Source of the DNA: Klebsormidium nitens
Lineage: Eukaryota; Plantae; Klebsormidiophyceae
DNA: 64,000 nt
Direction of reading: 5' to 3'
NCBI GenBank assembly: GCA_000708835.1
Contig: DF236978.1
Span: forward strand, 248,001-312,000
In this document: positions 37,278 to 50,901 of the stretch, piece after piece
Layout of the letters: the number at the start of each line of letters is the position of its first letter
How positions within the stretch are numbered: the first letter of the stretch is position 1
The notes under the pieces: generated by a model
Told to the model about the DNA's origin: nothing
Databases searched by the model: none
The model's input: only the letters and a program-made list of their open reading frames with translations
Translations under genes and position numbers: made by a program

Positions 37278-40200
37278 ATGGTCCACTCGAGGCATTCTCA
37301 GTTGGGCTCTTCTCTTGAAATGCCTGCAGAGTGGCAGCATTCTCCACCATCCAGCCTCCTCTTTGTTGGACCCCTCCAGGTTCCAGAGTTCCAGCCATTG
37401 AAAACTGAAGCCACGCCTCTCCAGCTAGCGCCATTTGCTTCCATCAGAAGCCAAGGCTCAGATATTCAGCCTTTTGTTGAAGAGTTGCAACAGGGTTTGG
37501 CTAATCAGGCCGAGGAGTTTGCTAGGGGAGTCGAGGGTACCAAGAGGAGGTTTAGAAACTTGGCCAGGGGTTTGAGAGAGGGTTTGCAAAAGGGGGGAAG
37601 CAGACTGGGACTGGTGCACATGCAAACAGAGCACAAGAGCTGCCCTCAGCATGACCATGTTGGCACAAGTAAGCAAAAGTGGCGGCATTGCATCATAGAG
37701 ACAATGCGACAAGTTGTCCGCTTGCTTGCATGATGCCACCCTGACTGCTTCATAGCAGTTTGCAATTACCACCGTTTATACTCAATTTGCAAACACACTG
37801 ATTCAGCAACCACTTCTTTACAAGCCGCTTCAAATGTCTCCAATTGTCAGTTGAGTCGTGTGTTCAAGTTCTACATGGCCTTGAGCTTTTTACCACCAGT
37901 TGTTGGAGCGCTTAAAGAGCGTGCTGAGGCAATCGTTGCATCACCCTCTGATTCGTTGTCCTGTGCAATGCTGCTTGTCCTTTCAGACTCGGGTTCCTGG
38001 CTTGGCATGCTGGAAGCGGGCAATCAATTCGGTGACATTGAACATGTATCGTTTTTCTTGTATCAGGAGGCCTTCTTTTTGCGTCCATTTCCGAGAGCAC
38101 GAGCGCCCCACGGAGGCGCAAGTCCCAAAGCTCAGGCGAAGAGGGAACCGACAAGAAGATTCAGCTTGTCAGCAGTACCACCGTCACCAAGAAGGAGTTC
38201 ACTGTGCAGGATCTCCTGAGTAAGTTGTTGATTACCGGAACTCTCTGAGCAATTCCAAGGAGTGTGCTAGGTTGACTCTGAGGTGAACAGTAGTGGTATA
38301 AGACAGGATGGTGGCCTCAGTTTTCTCATCTGATAGGTTGCGTATTTGGAAGGCTGTTCCAAACATCGTGGACTGTGTACTGTGGAGCTTTGGTGCCAAG
38401 GGGGAGACTTTTCTTTTCAGACATTGGAGTCCGAGGGAGACGGTATTCTTTCCTTATAGTGGAGTCCAGCGGTTTCAAACAACTCTGAAATTCTACCAAA
38501 AGAGCTTTCTGCAACTGAGGCGATCCTGTTGGGGGGTGAATCTGGACCAGATATAGTATCGTTACATCCACAAAACTGGACAATGTATCAAGCAGAATGA
38601 AAGCGAACCGATGATGATTCAACCAGACAAGTGTTCAAAGTTATCAAGCAAGCAGAATGAAAGCTAACCAATGATGAATCAACTGGACAGTTGTTCAATA
38701 TAATGAAGCGGAGCTTTATCTGGGACTTTGGCCAATGTATCTGCTTGATAGCAGGGTCAGTCAAGTAGTCAAATGGGTCATCAGCAGCACATCTGACCAA
38801 ATATTCTTCTGCTTTGCAGTTGGGGCTGTTTCTGGTGGCGCCGCGGGGGTGTCTGTGGAGACAGCGCTCTATCCAATTGATACCATAAAAACCCGCCTTC
38901 AAGTAAGTCCCATCTTACATGTTCCTGTCTCAAGTGGCGGAACAGTCTTCCTGGTAGCCGTAGCTTGTCCAATGATAGTATTCGGCCCCTCTTGTGACCT
39001 CTGCCTTCGAAGTTACATATCTCTTTCTCTTGATGATGTCCATCATCTGTTCAATTGCTGTGCAAGAAACGTGTAAAACAAGTAAGAAGGCAAAGTTTCA
39101 AACGAAGGGCCTTAGTGGTGTCTGTTGCCCTACCATTCACGGCATCAGGCGAACGGAAGGCAGCCACGGACTAGAGCAAAGGTCTGTTGTCTGTACTTCA
39201 AATTCTACAGATGTACAGTGACCTTGCATAGAAGGCAATTGACACACGCCAGTCGGCGTTAGACCGTTCTGAGGGAGGAGACACGGCCACACGCTTTCTC
39301 GTGTGTCTTTGGATGCTTCACTGTTTGATCATCGCTGCGTGCTTCGCTGTCTTCGTGAAGACCCTCTGATCTGCACAGGCCCCCTTTACTAAGCACCGTC
39401 AAGGACTTCTGTCAAAATCGTGCCTCCACAAAAACCACAGATTTCACACACTCTTTCGCACGGCTATTCTCAGCTGCTGATTGTTTCGAAAATTGCATGA
39501 ACTCCGATACCGCCAGCGCCTAGTGTTTCCACCTCCGCTCGGTCTCTGACCCGCCTATGTATCAAGCTGCCTCCCAGACCCAATCTGACCGTTTATAGTT
39601 TGACGGGGTGGAGCGGATTGGTATCGATCTTGACACAATGTGCAACGTTGCTTATTTGCGTGAAGGTTCTCTCCAAAGGAGGCAGCCTCAGCTTCAAGGG
39701 CCTCTACTCCGGATTAAGCGGTAACCTCGCGGGGGTCCTACCGTGAGTAACGCGCCCATAAGTCTCGTGCAAAATACAGACCCCAAGACAAAAAGCGCAT
39801 CTATTGGTTTCCCGAGCCGAAGTCGGTTCCTCTTCTGAAAGTTTCTTAGGTTGTTTGGTTCAGCTCCGGTGATGCTCGCCCTGGTACTCACTAGAGTTGC
39901 AACAATCACATTTGACTTCTAGTCATCTGGTAAAAGCCAACAATCTCGGATGATTGACGTCGACCAAGCTTCGAGCACCTTCATGACGTGTTGGATTGAA
40001 AGAGGTCCAGTCACGTATGCATCGTGAAGGCGCCTTGCATTCTTGCGAAAGGTATCGTAGTGCATAGCGCTTTGCAGTCGAGCAAAAAGCTGACCGCTCC
40101 AAAAGGTTGTCTTTCCCTAGGCTTCTTCCCTTTTCGTTTCTCAGTGAACGCGCTTCAGTTGCGACTGCCGAATTCCAGCACACGTTGCTCATTCCATGGG

Positions 40201-43200
40201 TGTCTTGAGAGCTCCGTAACCTGAACTTTGGGTGCTAGAAAGATTGTTCTCGTTTTTTGTATCTTTTGAACAGTGCCTCCTTTTTGGTCCCCCACCGGAG
40301 CATTGAAAAGTCCGCTGCAGATCTCGGCGCAGCGCCTCGCTTTTCCTGTGGGCCTTCCAAATTGAAAGTCTTATCTTCATCCTATTTCTGTCGGAGCTTG
40401 TCAGGATCCGTTTGCCACTTTCGTGCCGCACGCCTCACCCCTTTGTCGGCATATCCGGACTCGTCAAGCAACACCCGCTCGATACATCCTCGAGTCCTTT
40501 TCCTACTGCAGGGTCCTTGGTGCACCAGTAACCCTCAATCATGCGGTTCTTCTTATTACGCGGACTTCTTGCAAGCTGCTTTGCACTCTTTGCAGTGCCT
40601 CCGCACTCTTCGTCTGCAATTACGAGCCCCTCAAGCGAAACCTTCTTGACCGCTTCTCCGAGCGCTTTATGTTGTGCTAGGACTTCTAGCAACGTGTCTT
40701 TCAATGGAACAGATCCTTAAGAGCGACACCTTCCTAATGCCAATGCGTCCGTTCATCCGCAGTGCCTCCGCGATCTTCGTCGCCATTTACGAGCCCCTCA
40801 AGCAGCATCTCCTCGACCGTTTCCCAGAGCGCTTTTCCTTCTGGCCAGAGTTTGGCAACAGAACAACTCTTCGCAGGTATCCATCTTCCACCTTGTGCTG
40901 ATTCACAACCGTTCAAGCTCCACTTTTGCAGTGCTTCCGCGATCTTCGTCGCCATTTACGAGCCCCTCAAGCAGCATCTGCTCGACCGCTTCCCCGAGCA
41001 ATGGAGCTCCGCGGCGCAACTGCTCGCGGCCGGGGCCGGGGCGACCGGCGCGTCCATTGTGCGCGTGCCGACCGAGGTCATCAAGCAGCGGATGCAGACG
41101 GGGCAGTTCACGTCAGCAGCGGGAGCCGTGAAGCAGATTCTGGCCAAAGAGGGGATGAAGGGGATGTACGCTGTGAGTGGCGCTGTTTTTGGGTTTATTT
41201 TTAGAGCAGGTGTCTTCTTTGGCAAGTCGCCGAGAAGCGGAGCTGTTCTTGCTCCGATTGTCCCGCTACTCTCGGGGGTACTTTCCGCACGCAAAGCTGG
41301 TACCTTACGACAGTCAGTGTGTCATCGGAAAAGAACACCATTGTCACCAGCCTTTTTGGGGTAGCACGACAGAGTATCATGATGAATTTTCTGACGCATG
41401 ATCGTACGAGTCGGCGGACTCAAAGACCACCCGCAGTGTTTCACCGGCGACGGCAGCGCCTTACCCCCGGCTATACAGTCGCTCAAAAGCAAAAAGACCC
41501 GCTCTGCAAACACCTTTCAAGGTTTAGAGGCATACTTTTCCAGGTCTAAAGGTTTTCAGGTTTAGGTCGTATATTCCCAAAGCACAGGAGTGTTACAGAT
41601 AGCTTGGTGTAGGTTTCCTGGTTTCCATGGTAGAAGGGCTAGAGGGGACGGTACGGTATGAGCGGGGTCAAGCGCCTCCTTTCCCTCCCTAAGAATGGAC
41701 TCGCTGTGAAAATGATGAGCCAATTGGGGCGTTACATTTGACTTCGCGTGTCTTTCTGAAGTGAAGGTCAGCCGTAAGGTTAAACCTAAAGCAAGGCTTG
41801 TGAACATTTCACCATTGGAAGACACATAAGAAACATGAACGCGCCACCTCGTGCCCGTATCTCTCAAGCTCAATGAACAGAAAGCTCATCAGACAATCAG
41901 CTTTTGACCTAACCAGAAGATTAGACCAAATGCTTTCGCCCCCTGTACACGCACCCAACCTAACTTCCTAAGTATACTCACCTGTCTTAGCAGTGTCTTC
42001 TTATCATTAAGCGCAATCTTGTCCTTGGCCGTATTCCCGTAAATCTTGTGCAGGGCTACGGGTCCTTCCTCCTCAGAGACCTTCCGTTTGACGCCATCGA
42101 GTTTGTCGCATACGAGCAGATCAAGTTAGCCGTGCAAAGGACGGTGAGTCGCTTGTGTTGTTGTGGATCTCCCTTATATGTCCACAAATCTCGCGCATAC
42201 GTGTCTGTTGTCTACAAGCAAATCAAGCTGGTCGTACAAAGGACGGTAGGTCGCTTATGCGTGGACGAGTCCCTCGCCATGAGAAGCGTTTCTTGGCTCG
42301 TGGCGCGATACTCAGTGGATTGTTCGCAGTTGGGAACACGTCTCGACTAATAACTAATAACCCCTAGATCTGGGCACCTGCATACGGAGGCACTTTGACG
42401 GGCTTAGATTCCAGAAAATTCTCTGGCGATCGATCCTTTCGCAAAAGCAGTTGTTACCAATCAACTATAGAGGCCTCAAATGACCAGAACCGTTGACGGA
42501 TGTGAACGCCAAGTGGCGACTTAACCGTGCCGTTGCAGAAGTTTCTCGGGGTCTAGCTCCCCTTTTACTCAACGGAAGACCGCATCCCCTCACCCCGCTG
42601 CTTCCTCATTCCGCCTCAATCCGTTCCGTGCAGAGGAAACGGAAAGAGCTGACGGCAGTCGAGACAGCGTTTGCGGGCGCGCTGGCGGGGGCTGTGACCG
42701 GGGCTGTGACGACCCCCCTGGACGTGATCAAGACGCGGCTCATGGTACAGGTGGGTTTTTCTTGAGGGGTGAAAGCGAGGGAAACGGATAGAATTCTTCT
42801 TGAATCCAGAAGTGATTGATATTCCTTTGCAGGGGAGAAGTGCTCGTGAGAGGCACCGCTTCCTTGGCCACCCCGCCGCCATTTGGGTGTGGCAGACTGG
42901 GGACGGGTGAAGCCGCGCAAGTTTCGCTCTTCTCTGAATCTATGGTTTGCACAGTGCGAGATGGTTATTTTTTCGGCCCTGCGTTATGCATAGTAGGCTC
43001 GGCTCGCAGCATGATTCCTTCCTGACAAATGCTGCCTCCTCTTACTGCCACGTTGCCGACTTCCGCAATCCAGCACGGAACTTCTGTTCGCTCCCTAAGC
43101 CCATACTGCGACGTCTAACAACAGCGCGCACCCAACCAGTTTTCCACCCCTCCACCCCCTTGAGTGCCACGTGTCCCTTCAATGTCCGTCCACGTGTCCC

Positions 43201-44032
43201 TGATTTCGTTCGTTCTCACCAGGGTACGAACATCAAGTACACGGGCATCATGGACTGCATCTCGAAGATGGTCGCCGAGGAGGGGGCCGGTTCACTGTTT
43301 AAGGTGGGGCTTCTCTTCGTTTTTGTGGCGACTGAAAATTGCTCTGACTTCCAGCCTGCCATTGCTTGTGCATGTACGCACTTTTACCCCTTTGTTCCAG
43401 CTGAAAGACGCGGCGAGCATGTCTTCACTGTCTAGATGGTTGAGTGGAGCCATCCCATGGCCCCAAAGCTGCAGAAATGCGCTCCTTGAACCATTGACGC
43501 CGTAATGGAGTGCACTGTTTTAGGTCGTCAGTTAGAAGACTGCTCTGAAATCTCGTATCGTCATAACGTGGAACAATTCTATACTATTAAGAATTCGGCG
43601 GCCTGGTCCTCTGTTGTGCAAGGACCAGGCTGTTCCGCTTTTCTCCTCTCTACTCGCACTTTTCGAACATATTCTGTCCGAAATGGCGTCTCCTTTGGCT
43701 CTTCAAGCCTCCATAAGGCACGACTTTGCCAGCCGAGTAACTCTGGGACGTAAACAAATGCGGCCGGCTTCCTTTTCCTGCCCCCTCGAATGACCAGCCA
43801 GCTGTCAACCACTCTTCATTGCCTAGTATTGCGTTATAGTCAGCCACGCTTTCGGTGTCAGTCATTCATCCGGCAACTCAAAGGAGTGCATCTTGTGCAG
43901 GGTGTTGGCCCACGTGTCCTGTGGATCGGTATTGGAGGTTCGATTTTCTTCGGGGTCCTTGAAAAGACCAAGTCTCTCTTGACCACTGAGCTAGAGGCCC
44001 GCAAAGCAGCTAAGCCCACGACCGTTGTGTAA
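37278..44032 (+). CDS. SAMC1: S-adenosylmethionine carrier (mitochondrial carrier family, SAMC1/2 type) with long N-terminal extension, 9 exons
   Basis: Exons 37278-37668, 38067-38219, 38820-38902, 39666-39742, 40932-41172, 42054-42143, 42634-42750, 43223-43303, 43901-44032 are phase-consistent. Carrier signatures: VETALYPIDTIKTRLQ, VRVPTEVIKQRMQ, GYGSFLLRDLPFDAIEF, TTPLDVIKTRLM, GPRVLWIGIGGSIFFGVLE. The ATG choice is an inference. Confidence 0.93.
38590..38709. repeat. ~60-bp imperfect intronic tandem repeat (2 copies)
   Basis: AAGCAGAATGAAAGC(G/T)AACC(G/A)ATGATGA(T/A)TCAAC...GTTCAA repeats with period 60. Confidence 0.85.
40270..40990 (+). repeat. Tandem array (~160-170 bp period) of SAMC exon-5 acceptor plus exon start
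   Basis: CAG|TGC(C/T)TCCGC..TCTTCGTC..CAATTTACGAGCCCCTCAAGC...GACCG copies start at 40596, 40763 and 40932 (functional). A degenerate copy lies near 40440 (31/42 nt) and a weak one at 40274. Confidence 0.85.
42101..42259 (+). repeat. 102-bp-period duplication of the SAMC exon-6 3' end and donor
   Basis: TACGAGCAGATCAAGTTAGCCGTGCAAAGGACG|GTGAGTCGCTT versus TACAAGCAAATCAAGCTGGTCGTACAAAGGACG|GTAGGTCGCTT. Confidence 0.85.
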
Positions 44033-44229
44033 GTGCAAGAGAAGTTGATTCTTTGGAAGCTGCTATTCTTTGCATTGCCAATAACTGGCGTAGTGAGCAC
44101 GTTGCGAGGTGGAGGCTAAATCATGCGCGCCCGGCCTGTAAGAAGGCATGGAGAACCCCTCGTCTAAGAGAAGGTAACATAGTGCGATGCGTACAGAGAT
44201 GAGGTAGCCCACTCTAGAAAAGTCTGTGT

Positions 44230-45050
44230 ATGATTCCAACGCTCGATCTATGGCCGTACGACTGCAATGCTGTAACACGCCTACAACATATTGCGACGGT
44301 CTGGCGTCCGCATGTACCGTCTACCATATGATGCACTGGCATGCACGTGCACACACTTATTAAACGCATGCAAATATCCTTGCTCGACACTCGACCGCGC
44401 GCGTGTTCGACTTGACCAGACATCGAGCGCCGCAGGCTCTGGGCCCGGGCGGCCTTCTCCAAAGCGGTGTGGCACTGCTCACCTTTAGCAATGGATTGGA
44501 TATCAAGTTTGTTGAGCACTTGAATCAATAATGCCAACATGAGGGAACATGTGACCGGATCGGACCCAACTTTTGTAGTTCAGTGTGCATGACCGCTGGA
44601 TATATACCACCAATATCACGAAGGTCGGACTTATAAAGATGTTCGATCAACTCGCGCGAAGCTTGAAACTATGAACGAACTCGTAATCATTGGCTATGCT
44701 TAAGGCAATCCACTGACTGCTGGCCCGGGGATCGCTGAACCGGCCGGCCGGGCAAGTAAAGTGATGATTGAATTAGATATCTCCAGCGTGCGCATATGTG
44801 CCAAACGGTCCCTGTCACTGACATGTACGATCGAGAGCAGCCCTGATGCAAGATGTACAAAGCATATACATAGGTTGTACGTTGAGGTTAGCTGCAGTGC
44901 ATCTCGAACGCCTGAGCGCCAGCAAATGATCGGATAAGGACTCGGATGGCGTAACGTATGATCTTCGTTGGTTTTATCCCTCCGATATTTGAATCTGAAC
45001 GCGCGCAATTCAAGCTAGCGCGCATGCCAGCCATCATGCAGCATTGAGTG
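44230..45050. other. Intergenic RY-alternating island between convergent 3' ends (SAMC / coiled-coil gene)
   Basis: Hand count over 44281-44400: 35/119 RR+YY steps (29%). CCGGCCGGCCGG at 44740-44751. Confidence 0.65.
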
Positions 45051-45460
45051 TCATGATCCATACCAAGCGTGGACCAATTGAGTTGAAACTTCTCATCCTA
45101 AGCAGTGAGGTTCTCCATAGTGACACTCACTCCAATGAACCTGTATGGCCACCAAGAGCTCTATATCCAATTAACATGCATCACCTTTTCTTGACGCGGC
45201 TCTGGTTAAATCAGACGTATCTTGCGCAAGACCTATGAATAAGCAATGAAAGGAACCTGCATGGTGGATGTCCCCACGCTCCCCTCGAAATCAGTACTGA
45301 CCACCAAAAACGCTCTCAATTTCCTGTGATCGTCCAATTGCCCTTCTTTTGACGCAGCGGAACTCTGCAGTTTGGCAGTTTTGCCGCTTATTTAAGCAAT
45401 TCATCAGAGGGCAACAGACGAATACCTCCCTATTCATGTCAAACTTTGCTCAACTGCCAC

Positions 45461-48400
45461 TTAACGCCAACCAGACGACGAGTTCGGAAGCAGGGAGGTG
45501 AGCGATCGGCCAACCGCTTGTCGGCCGATGTCGGCCCTTGGTTTCCCTGGCATACGTTCCGGCGGAAAGACAGGCATCCGCACACTCCCACCGGGGCCCA
45601 GCGGCGCTCTTCCCTTGGACACCTCTTCCGCTGTTCCGCTGTAGTCGTCACCGGAAATGACCTCGAGACCAATCTGCTCGGAGAAGTCGAGGGACATGTG
45701 CAGCGAGGGCGAGCTGAGGTCGAGGAGCGTCCTTTTGGCGGCGGGGCTGCAAAGCGAGTGGGTTAAGAGTCCAGTCAACACTTGGTTAAGGAATCCAAGG
45801 GAACTTAGTGCGCCATAATCGAAGCCAAACTCTCGGACCATGACCAGGTCGTAGGTATTGTCGGTGATTCGGAAGCTATAATTTTGAACGAAGCAAGGTT
45901 ACCACATTCGTTGCCGGAGAATTTAGCTGGGTGTAAACACAAGGTATGAGCACTTACGGCACGTGATTGGATTGCCAGGATCACGGGTCTGGCACCGATC
46001 GGCCCTCTGACCAAAAGCAGACCAAAGTAACATTTTCTTCTGAGCAATTGGCTGTTCACCGGTTTGTTGCTAACGATTTGCAAGGGTGAAAGTGAAACAA
46101 TCTGCCGGGGAAATAATTATGCGACGAACCAAAAGGTTGACACTGGTTGTCATCGGAGGCGAGGCTGCCGGGCTGTGGTAAGTATGAGCAAGGGGACGAC
46201 CTATTGAAGGCGGAGAAGACGTGCCGTAACAAAGATTCAACCACTTGGCGTGCACAAAGCGGACTTAGTTGGGCGGCTGATGACAACAACACGTCATCTC
46301 AAGCCCAGCCAAGCGTCTAACGTTTTCACATACCAGGGGACCGCGTTCGAGGATGGAAGTCAAGATACGTATTCCGGTCGCATTCCGGTCGCCTCCCTCC
46401 AAGCACATTCCGGGCTCAAGCTACCTTCCCCAACCGTGCCCGTTTATCTCACCCCTAGCATAGCGGAACACAAAGACGTCATTCCAACTTTCCCACCTGC
46501 CGCGTTCTGTCAAAAGCGCCTCTTCGGACGCGAGCGTCGTCCTCCGGTCGAATCCGCCCCGCGTCCGTTCCGTCTGAGCCCCGCTCGGAAGGACGGAACT
46601 CGTTCCCGCTATTCGGCTTAGCGTCTGAGCGGCGTCCATGTTGAAAGCCAAGCGGTTGGACCTGCGGCGGGCGGGGGTCCGTTCCGTTTGGGAGCCGTCC
46701 GGAACGGAAGAATACGTGCCGGAGTTGCTCTGGGACAGCGTTCTATCTTCCTGCAAAGCGGATTGTCAACTTTTGAGGGGCACTCATTCGGATTACTCGC
46801 GAGGCTGCTAACTCTAGCTTGAACGAAAACCCCTAAGCTCCTTATTCACTGCTATAAAACGTTTCAAGGCGACCTTGACGACAAGCCAGCTTCAGACAAA
46901 AGGCTTATCTGGTAGCTTCTGGCGGCTGAATTCGTTTTGATCGGGTACTGTCTCAGGGACTCTTACCGCAGAGGCTAGCTTTTCTGGGAGGCTCCTCTGA
47001 TGAGAAGGTGGGAAACGGAACGAAAGTACGCCGTATCCCGTGCAGCGTCGAAATCAGTGATGGTCAGCTCGAAGGTAGATTTGACACAGTCCTCAAGAGC
47101 CAGAGAATTAAAAGCACGGCCAGGAAAACTGTTGGGAAATCAGGCAGACGTTTCAGAGCCCTTAATACAATGCAAATATCCAAAACACGGGAGGGTCCGA
47201 ATCGGCTGTCGACTTTTGACCCAGACAGACAAAGCCCAAGTCGGCCACTATCCTGGATTGACCCGCCACTGATACAATTGCCTTAACCCACTGACTCCTC
47301 CAAACACCCTCTGAGAGTCCCAGCCCCCCTACAATTTAGATTCGGATCTCTTCATAAGTAACTGCTACGTGGCACTTACAGGGATCGAGTTGGAGGCTTC
47401 GGTTCGGGCGCCGTCTGATGCGTCGGACAAGAAGGAGGACTGCCGAGCGATATCTAAGGAGTCGGAGCGAAGAGAAAAGTGGCGGGAGAATGCCGGGTGG
47501 CTGACGACCTGCATTTCGGCAGAGGAATGTATTACGAGGTCTCGAGAAAGTTTCTGCACTTCCTTTTGGTTTTCAAGCCTTTAATGTGAAGCAAAAGGCC
47601 TGCTTGCGGGAGAAGTTCCAGTAGAGACCGAGCTTGCAGGAATTCCATGCGGTCAGAGTAGGAGGACTGAGGATGTCATGACGACCTAGAAACTCTGCGC
47701 TTACTGGCAAGGCAGTAACGTGCGTGGTTCGAGCGGAACTGCTTTTGCTGACGTCGTTTGATACAGAATTTGCAAGTTAATTCAAGTAATTTGCAAGCGT
47801 TCTCTCAGGGTTGCTGAGACAACCACTTCTCGGTCTGAGGCTCTGACTCGCAGCATAATAGAAATTCTCGGGAGGACTTCCAAAAAGGCGTCTTTTTCGA
47901 TCCAGAACCCGTTGCACAGGGCGACCTAAAGTGAGCACGAACCGAATCCCATGTGAAACCCTGCTTTGCTACCAGCTTAGATCGCTATTCGACGAGTCAG
48001 CCCCCAAAGCACCTTCCATGCAGGCTGCTTGGCCGCTCTCAACAGGAGCATCAACAAACTCAGCAACAAAACGCATCCTACGCCATTCTCCGCCCTCTTT
48101 CTGAGCTGTTGCGGAGCTCACCGGTTCGCTCAGCAGCCTGGCAGCACCCTTGGTGTCCCCTGCCCTGGCCTGAAGTTCGAGCAGTTCCCGCTCGAGGGCC
48201 CTGCTGCGGCTCTCGATGGCCTTGCAGTGCCGCCTCAGCCGAGTCACCTCCGCCTCCATCGGCGCCCGCAGGGCCTTCTCCTGAGACGCACTCTCCTCCG
48301 CTGCCTGAGCCTGCAAAAGTGAAGCGGACATAGTCTGCAAGTGAACTGTCTTGAAGGCGTTCATTTGCCCATTTTTGCAGCGCTTCTTGAATCGAGTCTG

Positions 48401-50266
48401 CAAAAGGTTTTTGCGACTGGTCTTGCCCTGTAAACGGTGGTCTTAGTGCTTTCGGGCTGTACCATTCTATGGGAAAGATCTGCAAGGCTATAACAGGATC
48501 TGAGGCAAACCGAAGCCTGCGACGGGGTTAGAAGACGATCTTGCGAGGGTCCTTACAAAAGAACTCTGCTTTTCATCAGACATTGGTTGAAAGGCAGGTC
48601 CTTGCTGTTTGGCAAAAAGCCTTTCACCGGATAATCGTACAATATCGGGACAGAGCTACGTTTCTTTGATGCACGGAGTCCCCACCTGCGTCTGCGTCTC
48701 CAACAGTCTCCTCTGCACCCCCTCCCTCTCCTCCGCTGCCGCTTTCAGCTTCGCCTCGCACGCCCGCTCCAGCGCCGTCCGAATGCTCTCCGCTTCGGAC
48801 GCCTTCCAGTCCGCCAGCTCCGTCCGGTGCGCCGCCCTGATGTTGTCCACTTTCAGCCTGTACTGCTTTTCCAGCACCGAGATCTGCTCCTGCAGTCTCG
48901 CCTCCAATTTCTGCAGCTTCTCCTCAGCTTTGCGTGGTGACGTCACGCTGAGCTGGATCTCCAGCTCGCGCACCTTCCGCTTGTACTCTTCCAGCTCCGC
49001 AGAGACCGTCTCCATCTTCTTCCGCATCGTGGTGTCAATCGCGAGGGCTGGAACACGCTTTGTCGGCGCGCTGGGTTCCGGTTTGGAACTCCTGTCACTA
49101 CTGTTGCTGCTACGCCTGCGACTGCTTCTGGCTGACTCCGTGATGCTCTGTTTCCGCCCTGACCTGACTGTAGGTGGAGCCAAGCTCTGTCCACCTTTGA
49201 GGGGTTGCTGAACCTTCCCTAGACCTGCCGTGCTTGACACACCCGCTTCTGCCCAGTCTTGACCGTCCCCTGCGCCCACCCCGGTGTCATTTCCCAACGC
49301 CCCTAAGAAAAGGTGAGGAAGCACCGGCCGACATATGGCTGCTCTTTGCTCAAAGTCTCCATCTTTTCCCGCTTGTCCTGCTTGCTGACTCACTTTCCTC
49401 ACTGTCTTCCCAAATTTACCTCTCGCAACGCCATCCCCAATGCCAGACACTTCTTCTCTACCCGCTGCCAAAGGTTCTGCCACATTCGCCTTCCTCTCAT
49501 TGATTCCGTCAATAACCACACCCCCGATGTCACCTGCATCAGTGGCACCTGCTCCCCTTGTCTCAGCAACCATGGCCCGCAGTCTCTGCTGCACATCTCC
49601 ATCTAGCTCAGGATTGGTCCGGACACCGCTCAGTTTCTCAACAAAGTCCTTGTCCAAGAGAAGCTTCAAGTCCTGGTGCATTTCTGGGAAGAGCGTCTCC
49701 AGAAGCTGCTCAGGGTCCACCTTTTCGTCCCTGGATCTCCTACTGCGCAGCGGTTGCCATCCTACAATCGTCTCTCTGGCCGTCCTGGGCCCCCTCTGTG
49801 TGGTGCTCTTGAAGGCCGAAGTGGCAGATCGAGCACTCAATGATTGGGCCCGCTCTCGGTCTGGCAGCTTGTTCAGCTGACCCAGCTTCAGCAGGGGAAC
49901 CTTCACCCCCGCCGAGTCCGTCGCTGGAATGTGTGGGAGCGTCGCCTCACTGCTTCTCGCTTCCTTCCCTGACTGCGCCATGTCATCTTCAGCACCACCT
50001 GATGCTGCTGCAACCCTCCGTTCCTTCAAAAAGGGGGCGGGATCAAAATGGGGCTTTGCTGAGCTCCCTTCGTTATAGACAGTTCGAGCTGTCACTTTTT
50101 CCTCTGCGACGCCCCTGAAATGGATGCTGGGGGGAAACCCTTTCGCAGCACCGCCAAAGGCTGCTTCTGCTCGTTTTCGAGCCTGAATGCGGTGATGAGC
50201 AACAGGGTCCGAGCAATGCTCTGGGGGGCAGTACGCATTAGGATCTGGACACCCGTGCCAGTCCAT
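45461..50266 (-). CDS. Large low-complexity/coiled-coil protein of unknown function, ~812 aa
   Basis: Exons 50266-48686, 48310-48122, 47508-47380, 46750-46497, 45746-45461 are all phase-compatible (2439 nt). E/K/L/R-rich heptad region (METVSAELEEYKRKVRELEIQL...LERELLELQ). The start is uncertain and no family was recognised. Confidence 0.75.
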
Positions 50267-50901
50267 TTTGCAGGCAGAAGAAGAGTGACAAAATTGAGAT
50301 TACTCGTTGCTTCCATCTACTCCAGACTCACAGAATGCAGAGCCAGAGGGTACTCAAAAGCACAGTCCTTCCTTGCAGGATCGCTCGACTACTCCCTTTC
50401 AAGAAATCTATTGCACTATCGGGAACCCTAATTGCGAATACGTTTGACTCTTCCCTCTGCAGGGTCCCTTACATATCCAACGACGGTATGGTCACTTCCA
50501 ATGCATGCCGGGAGCCATGCTTCTGTAGACTCTAGATCAGAGTTCCTCACAAGATCCGGTCCTATGAAAGGAAGCATCTTTCACCTCAGCCTTCAGAAAT
50601 CTGGCGAGCCTGACTCAAGTCTGAAGCTGCATTGAAGCTGAAATCCTTTGGTAACCCGGGTTATGTTGGTGTTAAGCACCCCTGAGCAAAATCTACATGA
50701 ACCGGTCGTAAACCCCTTAGCAGCGCGCTGAGACTCATCTCCCGGGAAGGTTTATCCGGGCAGATGCCAGAGGGGACTCTCTGATCACCTGAGGTCACGC
50801 CGCCTCGATTCTGCCCCTCGGTGTTTCTCTAATTAACTGTGCAAGTTGCACTGGCACTGGCAGCGGCAAAGTGACGCCTTCCTGAAGACCTCTTCAAGAC
50901 A

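Noticed and set aside
40270-40990. Regularly spaced repeats resembling a CRISPR array
   Set aside because: The repeats are degenerate copies of a spliceosomal exon start at ~168-bp spacing, with no cas genes and a eukaryotic context.
48375-48410. Possible acceptor echo upstream of coiled-coil exon 2
   Set aside because: Similarity is limited to the generic CTTTTGCAG acceptor consensus.
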